A DNA stretch of 57,783 bases, filler included, from Circinaria calcarea (taxonomy: Eukaryota): assembly GCA_051942165.1 (NCBI GenBank). It is 5 parts of 5 records of this genome, joined end to end, with 100 filler letters (N's around TTAATTAATTAA, not from the genome) between each part and the next. Parts side by side here need not be neighbours in the genome. Positions count along the whole stretch, not along the records: positions 23,179 to 34,656 come from JAVECS010000680.1; positions 34,757 to 46,221 come from JAVECS010000681.1; 3 more parts are not named here. The stretch is one strand, 5' to 3'. Below the pieces are notes generated by a model. It saw nothing but the letters and a program-made list of their open reading frames with translations. It was not told the origin of the DNA and searched no databases. Numbering within the stretch: the first letter of the stretch is position 1; the number at the start of each line of letters is the position of its first letter. A program made the position numbers and the translations under genes. Positions 23,179 to 35,100 of this stretch are shown one piece after another.

Positions 23179-24993
23179 GAAGACGATGAACTCGAAAGCC
23201 AGCACGAGCCCGTGGATGCTCACCCAATCTCGAGGTTGATGGCTGCAGCCAATGTGAAATGGCGGGAGTACGAAGGCAGACGCTCTTGGACATTCCAAGA
23301 GACTGTAAAAAAATATCGAAGAAAATATGGAAGGCATCCACCGCCCGGTTTCAAAGAATGGTATCTTTATGCGCGACATCGCAATGTTTACAACATCGAT
23401 GACTTTGAACAAATCATGGATGATATTCGGCCTTTCTGGGGAGTAGAACCGTCCGTTATACGTTCCCTAGCGGCGCACATGTGGGAGAACGAGGTGGATG
23501 GCATCGCAGGCATACATATCAGGAACCATAATGTTACGAAGCAAAATAACCCGTCTTGGAGGTCGGAAACTATGGTAACTCTGATTGAGAAATTTGTCGA
23601 ATACCTACCAGATATGGATATCGCCATGAACAGACTGGACCAACCTCGGATTGTGGTGCCATGGGAAGATATGCAGGATCTTCTTGCAAAGGAGGCAAAG
23701 AGACGGCAAATGTTGCCCGAAGCCAACAACGAGTTCACCACCGCCATGCAAGGTTTTCTCGACCTTGACGCAGAAAAGGATGACGGCCCTAAAGAGGACT
23801 CTGGTTGGTTTCCTGCGCATGGTCAGCAGTACATGGACATTGCGAGCTCCGCATGTCCCCCTGGGACCCGGGCTCGGGACCATGAGGTCGATTTGGTAAA
23901 CTCGGAAGCTTTGTACAAGGATCGATATGGCGGACTTGTAATGAATTTCAATCTCTCGACAGACCTCTGTACGATTGGTCCTGAGATACAGGATAAGCAC
24001 GGGTTTCTCTTCTCTGCCTCCTCCGTGATAGCAACCAAACGATTGGTACCCGTCTTTGGGGAGTGTAAAGTCAACGTCAACAGCGACATACTCTTCCCGG
24101 CGAGCATGTACTGGAAACATGACGAACGCTATGAATATGACGGCAGCAATGATGTGGACTGGGAAAACAAAACAGATATGGTGATGTGGCGAGGAGTGAC
24201 TTCGGGCGGAGTGTCTGTTCCAGAGAGTTGGCGTCGCATGCATCGCCAGCGGCTTGTACTGCTGCTTAACAGCACGGAACAGGAAGGTCAAGAGCTTAGA
24301 ATCCTGATGGAACAACCCGAGGCAAAGGGGGAATACGAAAACTTTAGACAATTTAAGCCTTCGCGATTTGCTGAAGAACATACTGATGTCGGTTTCACGG
24401 AAGCTACTGCCTGTTCTCCCAACTGTACCTCTTTGTATGAGAACGTCTGGACGTATAAGCCGCAGGTCAACCTAACGGAGCAATTCAAATCCAAGTACTT
24501 GGTTGACGTTGACGGTATGTCATTCTCTGGCCGATGGCGAGCTTTCTTGCAGAGCAAATCACTAGGCATCAAAGCTACGATATTCAGGGAGTGGCACGAC
24601 TCCAGGCTTTTCGAATGGCGCCACTTTGTTCCGATGGACAATCGTTTTGACGATATATATACTTTACTTACTTATTTCATTGGTATCGGGAAAGATGGGG
24701 AAAGATTACGTCCCGGCGAGGCGTACGTGGCTCGGCACGATCGAGAAGCAAAACGAATAGCACTGCAGGGGAGAGAGTGGGCGAATAAGGTTCTCCGTCG
24801 AGACGACATTGAGGTATGTCCAAACTACGAGCCTTTTGGCCTTGGGAGCCAGATGCTGACATGGCTACAGATCTACATGTTTCGCTTACTCCTCGAGTAT
24901 GCTCGGGTTATTGACGACAATCGGGATCGAATCGGCTACTCTGGTGATGGAAGCGAGCTGGACAAGGACGACAGTAGCCGCCATACCGTTTGA
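23179..24993 (+). CDS. GT90 / CAP10-like glycosyltransferase (Cxt1-type), 5'-truncated
   Basis: HPI..L, YRRKYGRHPPPGFKEW, LPDMDIAMN..DQPR, WRGVTSGG, KYLVDVDGMSFSGR, KATIFREWHDSRL..WRHFVP, YMFRLLLEYAR. A 57-nt in-frame intron lies at 24814-24870. Confidence 0.9.
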   Translation, partial: EDDELESQHEPVDAHPISRLMAAANVKWREYEGRRSWTFQETVKKYRRKYGRHPPPGFKEWYLYARHRNVYNIDDFEQIMDDIRPFWGVEPSVIRSLAAHMWENEVDGIAGIHIRNHNVTKQNNPSWRSETMVTLIEKFVEYLPDMDIAMNRLDQPRIVVPWEDMQDLLAKEAKRRQMLPEANNEFTTAMQGFLDLDAEKDDGPKEDSGWFPAHGQQYMDIASSACPPGTRARDHEVDLVNSEALYKDRYGGLVMNFNLSTDLCTIGPEIQDKHGFLFSASSVIATKRLVPVFGECKVNVNSDILFPASMYWKHDERYEYDGSNDVDWENKTDMVMWRGVTSGGVSVPESWRRMHRQRLVLLLNSTEQEGQELRILMEQPEAKGEYENFRQFKPSRFAEEHTDVGFTEATACSPNCTSLYENVWTYKPQVNLTEQFKSKYLVDVDGMSFSGRWRAFLQSKSLGIKATIFREWHDSRLFEWRHFVPMDNRFDDIYTLLTYFIGIGKDGERLRPGEAYVARHDREAKRIALQGREWANKVLRRDDIEVCPNYEPFGLGSQMLTWLQIYMFRLLLEYARVIDDNRDRIGYSGDGSELDKDDSSRHTV

Positions 24994-25922
24994 CAAAGTG
25001 CTTCATGTCTGTGTATATGATCACCATTGACACTGAGAGGCGCATTTGGCAGTGTCGGTCCTGTAAAATATGCACATAGCGTTTTGGAATTTCGATGTAC
25101 AAAGGGGGGCCCAACAAAACTCTTGTTGGTATGAGTCTGTATATTTAGCGGTTCGGCTTGGCATCCATCGTCTCTACTTGTATACAGATCATTTGTGAGA
25201 GCACCTTATTTTTGACAAGCTGTTATGTCATGGCTGGAAGACTCCTATTACCGACCGGTCTTGGGGAATTGTTTGAAAGTGCACGATCCGAGGGGCGTCG
25301 CCACGGCCTATTGACTCGCCACCCTCTTGATTTAGAGGTCCATGGATGTGATTGAGTGCCACCTTGAGAGACGTTGACGTCCTCTCAAAGTTCCCAGTAT
25401 GTCGTAGTCTGAATGTCGTATGGGCATTTGAAGTAGTCTAGCGGGCGCCAGTCTCCGGGCGGATGATCCCTGCAGAAGCCCCCATTCCAAGTTTGGGCAC
25501 ATCCACGTCCTAAAAAGAGTTGTTTCCTTTGCAGCTGGCTGATCGCTCTTTGTTCATCAATACTAAAATTGGACGGCGCACGAGGGTTGCTGGCACCATC
25601 TCGACACCACGGACGCCGCGATCATGTTCGTGTGATGTTTACGGCGTCCATCCAGTTCAAGCGCCTTAATCCACAGCTCGATTCTCGGCCAACATCCAAA
25701 ATTGTACCTTCGTACGTAAAGGCTCGAGAGACTCCTCCTTTCTGGATCGTTCAGCTCTAGAGGAACATCAATGCGATTAAGCCTGTTTAATGGCTGTGGA
25801 CTACTCATTACCTGACGAACATCAAACAGCGCAGGAGGAGCGCGTGCTGCAATAAGCGGCGCATTAGCATACAAGCCTTCTAAGAGTATTTTGGCAAGAG
25901 GCATTCGGGCTCTTTGTTTACG

Positions 25923-28900
25923 ATGACGAGACCTCAGATCATAAGAGCAGGTCAGTAGAAGCTTGAGGTCGTGCGGATACTCAACCGGGGAAGAAAGCAC
26001 AGGATGTTGGGAGCTACATGGAAGAATGCATGCTAAACACGCTCGAAACCTAGATACGATTGATCTTCAGAATCAGGATGCTCCGTCCGCTAAAGATCAT
26101 ACGCGTCAGCCGACACATCCAGGCCCCTTGGGCGATGGGCCTCCCGCACCCCATCAGGCGGTTGCCATGATGAATGCCGGCCATGAACCAATTGAACACT
26201 ACGCAAGGAGTCCTCGCGCCTCACAAGATCTCTCAGGTAAAGAGCTGCAACTTTTGCATGAGAGCCCTAGCTCGAACGACAGCGAAGGTGATGGTGGGCT
26301 ACATCGGGATGGGTTCGGTTTTCACCGCAACGGAGACTCGTCAGGAAATGGGGAGGATGGAGACACGGGAGAGGCGGAAGAAGGAGACAGCATGGATGAC
26401 GATATGATGGATAAAATATCCAGCTCTCCATCCATTGACGATGGTGGGTACTCATTGCCTCCGACCTGGCCTTCCAGGGAGGATTCTCTTTCGTCCAACT
26501 CCACCTCGATAGCCAAAGCACATTCTCTCCTTCTTACTTCAGAAACCCTCTCCTCGTCACCGTTTCTTTCGACGCCTACACACTTTCCCCTTTCCTTGAA
26601 TCAGCAAGAGCCGGATCAATGGTCGTCAGAGGTTCATCATCATCGGGGAGGTAGGTATCCCGGTCATGACTTAGACAGTCATCAAATCGAAGACGATTCC
26701 GACGACGATGCCGAAGATGAGGACCGTGACGAATTGGCCCCCATCCCAAGTGATCACAGGATAGCTTATTTCAGCGAACAGCCCCAGAAGATGCAAGATC
26801 TGGACAAGGAAGAGTTCGAGTCTGATGGTCTGCAACATTTGCTTCTTCCGGTAGATGATCCATTGTTGGACAACAGTTTTGACGACGTACCCTTATCCGA
26901 ATCATCCTCTGAGCTGTCTCTGGCACTCTCCGAGTCTTCCTGGAACGATAAACATGCGGAAAAGGCAGATGATGAAACCGAGGACGTTTCCTTAATGAAT
27001 GATTCCCGCTTTGTCGATTCCGGATGGGGTGGAGAGTGCTTACGCGAAACAGAAGATATCGATTTCGAGTTTGTGTATGCGCTGCATACGTTCATAGCAA
27101 CTGTCGAAGGACAAGCAAATGCTACCAAAGGTGATACAATGGTCCTACTAGATGACAGTAATAGCTATTGGTGGCTAGTCCGGGTCGTAAAGGACAGCAG
27201 CATTGGTCAGTCTCACCTGAAATTCCAAGCATTATACGCCTAATATCATTCCGAATAAGGTTACCTCCCCGCGGAGCATATCGAAACTCCAACCGAGCGT
27301 CTTGCCAGACTGAACAAACACCGGAATATTGATGTCAGACCATCGACCCCAGAATACAAACAAAGCAAACCAGGCTGACAAGTCCTCAGTTGTCACAAAC
27401 CATGCTCGGGGACAATCCTGAGAAATCCAAGAACCCACTGAAGAAGGCCATGCGGCGGCGTAATGCTAAGACAGTACAGTTTGCTGCACCCACATATCAT
27501 GATGCGCCTGATGTAGATTACTCTACGGACGAGGAGGATGAAGAAGATGATGGTCTGTACCCTGAGACAAGTGCATCGACACAGGCAGGTCCTCAGGAGG
27601 CCGATGATGAACATGATCAAGCCGCAATCATAGAGCCCCTCAAAACTGGACCGCAAATAAAAGAATATGATGGCCTTGATGACATGCAAGCGGACCCAAG
27701 GTCTCAACAAGGCAGTAGCGAATCAGAATTAACAATGGAAAAACCACGGACTAGTGAAGAGATCTTTGATCGTCAAGGTAAGATACTGTGGAAGATTAAT
27801 GAAATGATGCCTGACCTCGACCTTAGTTGACAATGGTTTATCCGCAAAAATAAGAAATGGAGTGGTCCGGAACACCGACTCCTTTTTCAAAGACGATACC
27901 GTGGAGACCCGGAAAATCAATCTGACCCCGAGCTTACTACGCGACGACTCAAGTTCTTCAACGTTGACGCCGGTTTCAAGTGATCAAAAAGAGGTATATA
28001 TTGTATTTCTTTTGGTGGTATATCACATATTGACAACCCATGACAGACAAAGAGTAGAGGAGGGAGTTTTGACACCCTTGAGAAAGTTGCGTCACCCCCA
28101 GAGAGAGTAAAAGACGAGAAGCGCAAGGAGAAGAAGTCTGGCATTCTCAGTGGATTATTCAAACGGAAGGACAGAAAAGGCAAAGCACAGAATGAAGATG
28201 AGGACTCGGAATGGCTGTCTAAGGAAATCTCCGGGCAATCTCCCCAATCCAAGATGTCTTCCGAGTCTTTGTCTCAGGATGGAGGTTCGCTTCAATCGAG
28301 TCCTCAACAACGCCAGCAGCCGCAGAGACAAATTAGCAAATTGCAGAAAACTCCACCGGTGAAAATGGCACCCTTGAACAAACGACCAGCTTCGCGCGAG
28401 GGACAGAGCCCCGAAAAGTCCAAACCTTTGGGACTGTCGATGGCAGCAGCCTCGCAGTCAAACGAACCGTCTTCAGCTCCTATGGAGCCAGACTCCGTCA
28501 AACTTGTCGATCCCAGCCAAGTCACTAGGGGTACTCCCCCAGCTTTACGGGTTGTATCCCCAGAACAGCCACATGAGCTTAGTAGTCCACCCTTATCTCC
28601 TATGGATTCGAAGAGAGGAGATATGTTTTCGCCGATAAGGGATGTCCTTCGACCTTCACCTTCGAACTCGGAACCCAAACCTGAAAAAGTCAAGAGGGCA
28701 AGGGAGCGGGTGGCAATAGACGAGTTTGATTCATCGCCAGATGTTGAAGATACTTGCGACCCAATGCCGCCGCCAGAGGAAAACTATCCATCTCGCATTC
28801 AGGAACAATCCGTCAAGGAGCGACTGTCAGAATCGCCTATTCAGGTATCCCCTCTAGGATCAACAAACCACATAAACGCTCCAGCTCTGGTCGGCGACAC

Positions 28901-29264
28901 ATCATCACAGGAAGAGCCGTCCATCTCACCAGTGTCCCCGTCGTCAACACCAGAGCTGGTTGAAGCGCCGCGCGAGGAGAACGTCCGAGACGAGGAGACT
29001 CCAGTATCGACAGTTCACCCATCGATCAGCGCTCCTACTTGGAGCGATGCAAGCTTGCGCTCTTATCTCGAGGATGACACCGACATCCGGGATTTGCTAG
29101 TAGTTGTCCACGACAAGTCAGATATCAAAGCGGCAGGACCGGATCACCACATCAATGCTAATCTTTGCAAGGAGGAGAACCGTAGGCTGGGCGAAATGTC
29201 TACTCGCTTGGATGGCTTACTGCATGACTGGCTTGCCGGGAAGTCGAAAAACGTCGCAGGCTGA
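25923..29264 (+). CDS. tea4: SH3-domain cell-end marker / PP1-targeting protein, Tea4/TeaC/Bud14 family, multi-exon
   Basis: Exon 1 MTRPQIIRA (25923-25950), intron to 26053, then DTIDLQ. SH3 domain VYALHTFIATVEGQ...LLDDSNSYWWLV..GYLPAEHIETPTERLARLN is followed by an RVxF-type motif KTVQF. C-terminal WSDASLRSYL. Confidence 0.88.
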
Positions 29265-30218
29265 GCATGTTTACTGTCCATACGTTTCAGACGGCGGCAT
29301 GTCATTATGTCCACGACTGTGCCGGGGTTTATTTCTAGGAGGGGGGTGGTCTTTTCCTAGTGGGCGGCTTGGAGTTTGCATAAGAGGCCGCATGGCTCAT
29401 GCCGGAGTTTCACCAGAAGGGAGGGGTCGGAAGCCTCGTAGGGTCCTGTCGACGGTATCCTTTGCACGCTTTATGCTTCCTATCAGTCTCTTTATCTTCC
29501 GAACGGGTGCACCTTGGGTCTTGATGTTGGTGTAGTACGCGATGAGAGGTCGTAGCCGACGGACAGGAATAGCAGTGAAACATATACGCTTGCCAATCCG
29601 CGTCTTTGTAGAAGACGAAGACCGGGATTAGCACCCAATACCACGGCCGAACCCTACCACGGCCATCGGAAGGCTATTACTCTAAATCCCGTTGGTTTTA
29701 TGTGCGCTGTGGTTTCAAGGTTGGTGACCAGGCCGATGCATCGAATTTATGCAGTGGAGTTGGAAGGAACTTCATAAAGGACACAACAACCTATTCGATT
29801 TAGCACTATAATCAGCCTGAAGAGCATTCACCCCTTATCTACGTATCATGTGTACGGGACTGCCCCTCTTGCCCAATTACCTTTCGTCGGCAGTGACTCT
29901 CTTTGCTTTCCAGCCTTGGACGTTGATGCTTGTGGGACTGTGCCTCGTCGAGGTCTGTCCCACGCTATGGACTGCATGTAAGCATAAGCAAGTGCATGCA
30001 CATGACTGCTCAGTGATCGGGGTAGCCTGTGACTGGGAGAAGGAGGATAAGTGGGTAGGGCTACCTTGATTGTTCGGCTTGGGCCGAAACCTGCAATGCC
30101 GGCTTCATACATGTGCCCTACACTCCCGAAGGAAAGATAAGAGACGTAGGATAGCCCTTTTCTGTAAGCCGATGCCAACCTTCTCTGGCCGATTGACCCA
30201 CGCGTGACTCCAAAGTAC

Positions 30219-33200
30219 ATGGCATCGTCCAGCTCTCCCTTGGAGACGACTACTGAGCGGCCGGTAGCAACGCACAAGCGCACATATCAAGCATGTGTGA
30301 GTCGGGAAAACAACCCTTGGCAGGTTCCAGCAGTTGCGAGATTAATGTACGTGTGATTTAGATTCCATGTCGCCGGCGCAAAGTACGATGCGACCTAGGC
30401 TCCGTCGATACTCCACACGATCCCCCTTGCGTTCGCTGCCGACGAGAAAAAAAGGATTGCTTCTTCAGTGAAACGAGGCGCAAGCGCAAGGCCGAGGATG
30501 AGGGAGGAAGGGAGGCCGACACTTTGGACGATGACTATGTGATCAGAAACCGCAGAAGTCAAACGACCCGAAACGGGCCACTGCTCTCTGGTGATGCAGT
30601 CTCCCAAGATGGCTCGAAAGCACCACCGGCTTATATATCTTATCCGGATACAGCAGCCCTAGATGACAGTAGCATTCTCAGCGGGAATTCGCCGTCCCAG
30701 TATTCAAGGCCTTCAGGCTTGAGTTCGGCGGGCCAGACGCCTACTGGGACTGAAGGTCAGGATGTTACCAATGAGACTGCCGCGGCCTTGTTCCAGAGTC
30801 CCATTCATAATCCCGAAGACGCCCTGCATCTGCTTTTCGAAGCCGCTGGAAGGACCGGAGACCTCGACCGACAGAGTAGCAAGGGAGAATCAACAGCGTC
30901 CCCGCGGGACAGCAAGCCCGCAGATAAACCACAAAACAGATTGGAGGTTGTCAATGCGACTGTCAGAACGCCTCTCATAGACCCAGCTATTGAAATCGAC
31001 CCGAAAGAGGACGGAAGTACGGCGGGCGTCGAATATAGAAACGCAATACAAACGTGGTCGAGACTACGCTTTGTACGAGCGGGATGGTTCACCGCCCTTG
31101 AAGCAATGTCTTACATCGAATATTTCTACAGACATCTGGCTCCTTTGACTCCTGTATCTCCACCCGATTTCAGTACACCATCCAGTCAAATCGAATTACT
31201 AAACGAAGAGCCAATACTTACTGTTACATTACTCACTATTTCCTCCCGTTACAAGAAGCTACAAGGACCCGGCGGAACGTCGAGGTCATTCATCATTCAT
31301 GATAAACTATGGGCTTACTTGCAGGCTATGCTTACTCGTATGTTCTGGGGGCAAGAGCAATTCGGTGGGGGGTTTTGCGGTGCTGGGGGATCAAGACGAG
31401 GGCATGGAGCAGGCGGGAACAAGGGAGGCTTACGAAGTCTAGGGACGATAGAGAGGTGAGGGCTTGTAACGATTGTGGCAATTGGAAAAGGCAAAATCCC
31501 TGACATTCAGCTTTTCAGTTTGATTCTCCTCAGTGACTGGCATCCTCGGTCGATGCATTTTCCTCCCGGAGACGATGGTAACGATATCCTTGCGCCTTTG
31601 ATCGGAGACTCGCTCGATAACGTATCAATGCTTCCATGGACCCAGAGTCCTCATGCGGGTTGGATTGAGCCTGTCATTCGATCTGATCGGATGTGCTGGA
31701 GTTTGATTGGATTTGCGTATACGTTGGCTTATGAGCTTGGTATCTTTGATAACCGCGATACATATCAAACCTGGCGTCCTCTCGACGGAGCTTCCCATCA
31801 TCGAGAGAACCAGATAGGCCGACTCTTACACATTTACGTAAGTCAGACATCTGGGAGGTTGGGACACCCGAACATGTTGCCGCACCTGGGTAAGAAGCCA
31901 CAAACATCTTACCTTGAAATGATCATGCCAGGCGGCACAACAGGTTGGTTATTCCCCAGCTTTGAAGCTTAATGGTACTCACCTTGGTGTCAGTTGACCC
32001 ACAACCAGATGACGATCCCGGCAGTAGCGTACAGCGAGCCTGGGCTGAAATGACCACGCTGATGAGGATGAGCAATGACGACTTGTTTCCGTCGAAAACC
32101 GCAACACGGGAGCTGATACGGTCGAGGAGGTATCTAGAATTATTGAAAGATTATAGCCCTAGGCTTAGTAGCTGGTTGACTAGATTCGGAAAGATCACCG
32201 GTAATCATTCTCCCAGCTTTTTCTACCCAATCCGTTAACGACAATAGTACCGCCGTTGTCTCGGACAATCTTAATGATTGAGTATGAATATATGCGTGAG
32301 CCACTTGGTTTCAAGAACAGCGTTACCGCGTGTACTTATAACAGTCAGGTACCTATATCAACTCGTTATCCTTACAAGCAGTTCTCGAAGAATGTGCTAG
32401 CGCAGTAGACTCGAGTGTTCCAGGGGGTACACCTCCTGCCCTTCTTTCTTCAAAATTGGTGAATCTATACAAAGAGAACGAACCGTACATTGCCGAGGTT
32501 GTTGACGCCTCAAGAAATTTACTTCGACACGTAGTACGTGGACTTTGCCAAAATGATGGCCTCAAGCATGCTCCTGTCAGAACGCATTTCCGAATTCTGT
32601 CTGGTGCGATGTTCTTACTCAAGGTTAGTCTCCTTGATTCCACTTCCTAATCGCATATCAGACCTAGGCTGCTTTTGCAAAATCTTGACTTTGGGACATT
32701 TTGACCGATTTCATATTCCAAATTTGTGAACCACTCGGTTCTTTTCAAGTTCGACCGCCGTCAAACTAGTGTTTACTAATCCAATGTGATTTGCAGTCAT
32801 TCGCCCTTGGGGCTAAAAAGGAGGAAGTTGCTATATCAGTTCGGCTACTCGATGACACGGTGAAAGTCTTACGATCGACTGTCGTCGATGACGTGCACCT
32901 TATTCTACGGTTTGCAGACCTATTAGAAAACTTGACGGCTAGCATCCGCCATAAATTCGTTAGATTCGCCGTCCCTGGCAAACATGCAAGTCAGCGGAAT
33001 ACCCAGTCGGCAAAGTACAAGCAGCTTCCGAAACCTATTGCCAATCCCAACGCTCCCAGGGAAGATATCGAAAGGGGACCTCTCAGCACTGGTTCGGATC
33101 AGATAGTCTTTTACGAAACGGATTATGAAAGTGTCGAAGGCCCTTTGGCTGGCATAGCGATCGATCCCATCGATCCAAACGACAGTAGTATCTCCATCAT

Positions 33201-33570
33201 GCCTCCACCCGACTTCATCTACAACAATGCCAACAACAATAACCCCTTGTCATATACCTACCCCTCAACCGCAACTTCCCAACTCTACCCCCCTCAACTT
33301 TCCCCTAACCAATCCTACAACCCTCAGCATTCATCCCTCCCTCAGCAACAACAGCCATACGATCCCGGCTACGACTGGCTCACGCTCGATGTAAACCCAC
33401 TTATCAGCAGCAACTACGCTAACAATAACGAAGCGTCCGCGGCGCCGAACATGTGGGCGGGCTTTGGACCCGAGATCAGTGATAGTTTGGAGATGTTGGG
33501 CATGCTGACGAATGACGCTTATTCTTTTCAAGGGGTGGAAGGGGAGGGAGCGGTGACGGGGTGGACTTGA
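30219..33570 (+). CDS. Zn(II)2Cys6 transcription factor, Aro80-like, multi-exon
   Basis: Spliced HKRTYQAC|IPCRRRKVRCDLGSVDTPHDPPCVRCRREKKDC (intron 30297-30361), plus WSRLRFVRAGWF, WGQEQFGGGF, LRSLGTIE, LLSDWHPR, LKHAPVR and DDVHL. Confidence 0.88.
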
Positions 33571-34494
33571 TGGGGTCCAGAAATGGGGGGTCTGGCGGGC
33601 GGTAGTACATGTGAGGGAGATGGGAATTGGGGAACCCGCACTCAAGATTTTTATTAGGAAGTGGGTGCGGGATATCAGGAGTATGGGATTGGACCTGTCA
33701 TTGAGATTTTTAATTGGGCACTGTAGCGAACCTCTTTTTTGCTTTTCATCTAGCTGCTGGACTCTGGAACCGGGGAAATCTAGTACTTTCTGTCGGAAAA
33801 CGGGGAGCTCGGAGATGGAGGGAGGAATTTTCATTCGCTTAGCGCTGGGTGGTTTTTTGTGTGTGTGTATATCGGTTCTCGGGATTTCATAGGACCCCTC
33901 CCTGACTTTCACGGATAGCTATTAATTATGCTTCGGCCGTTTTCCCCCCCCCCCCTCTTTCTTTCGAGAATAGAAACATGATAGTGGGTAGTGAGCTGGA
34001 AATTAGGGTTTTCCCCATCTTACCCCCTACTCCAACCGCACCTATAAAGAAAAGCTCCCTCGATTAAATATTCAATACGGGTACCCTTTCAACGCCTTTC
34101 CCTACCCTACCCTATCTATCTATTCTATCCCCGAAGCGTACACGTATAAAACCTTGACCCCCTTTTCAAGGTAGTAGATTATGATTATGATGGTGGTGGG
34201 ATGGAAAAACGTTGAAGCTTTCTAACGAGACGAATCCATGTCCTTTTTTTTTTGCTCGCTCCCTCTTTTCTTCCTTTTCTCTGTTGGATTTGAAACCACC
34301 CCCCTTTCGCCCCCCGGCCGGCTTTTTGGGAGTAACCGGGTGAGCATCAAGCCGTTTGAATATTGGGCATGAGGGCAATTCAAGGGCAAGGGCAGAAAAC
34401 GGGAAACGAAGGAAAAAGGAAAAAGGAAAAAAAGAAGCGCGCGCGCAAGTCCAACCAAGGTTTCTTATTTTTGGGAAAGGAGGGGGAAGGGAGG

Positions 34495-34656
34495 GGGAAA
34501 TGGGAAATGGGAAATGGGAGATGGGAAATGGGAAATGGGAAATGGGAAATGGGAAATGGGAAATGGGAAATGGGAAATGGGAAATGGGAAATGGGAAATG
34601 GGAAATGGGAAATGGGAAATGGGAAATGGGAAATGGGAAATGGGAAATGGGAAATG
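34495..34656 (+). repeat. (GGGAAAT)n heptamer tandem array, ~23 units, running into contig end
   Basis: Directly visible. One variant unit GGGAGAT at 34516-34522. Confidence 0.97.
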
Positions 34657-34756
34657 NNNNNNNNNNNNNNNNNNNNNNNNNNNNNNNNNNNNNNNNNNNN
34701 TTAATTAATTAANNNNNNNNNNNNNNNNNNNNNNNNNNNNNNNNNNNNNNNNNNNN
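34657..34756. other. Artificial contig-joining linker
   Basis: 44 N + TTAATTAATTAA + 44 N. Confidence 0.98.
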
Positions 34757-35100
34757 TTATATACGTTTATATTTATTTAAATATATTATCCGAATTAATA
34801 TATTATCGTGTTCCGGTTATTATTATTATTATTATTATTTTTAATTTTTCGAGTTTAATATTTTTCAATTTACGAATTATATTAAAATCTGGTATCAGGG
34901 AAGTTTATCCGTGAGCGTATTCGGGGTTTAAAAGAGCTAAGAGAACCTATTTGGATAAGAAGGGGTGGGTCGAAGTATTATAAATTTATCTCCGTCGAAG
35001 TGGGCTATTGTATTGCAGAACTAGCTTCGTGTAGTATTCTCCGTATTATTAAAACCAAATACCTATTCGTTTGACCTTCTTCTCTTATATATTGGATCCA
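34757..35100. repeat. AT-rich, probably RIP-mutated repeat relic at contig end
   Basis: Strongly TpA-rich, with few CpA/TpG and retained CpG by eye, and no ORFs. Right boundary approximate. Confidence 0.55.

Noticed and set aside
23388..24641. Long antisense ORFs (e.g. 23605-24381, similarly 16239-16892 and 39859-40368)
   Set aside because: Shadow ORFs opposite well-supported genes.
34356..34712. ORFs encoding (MGNGKWE)n as a repetitive RiPP precursor or structural protein
   Set aside because: Simple translation of a 7-bp microsatellite that is open in all three frames, with no signal peptide or KR sites.
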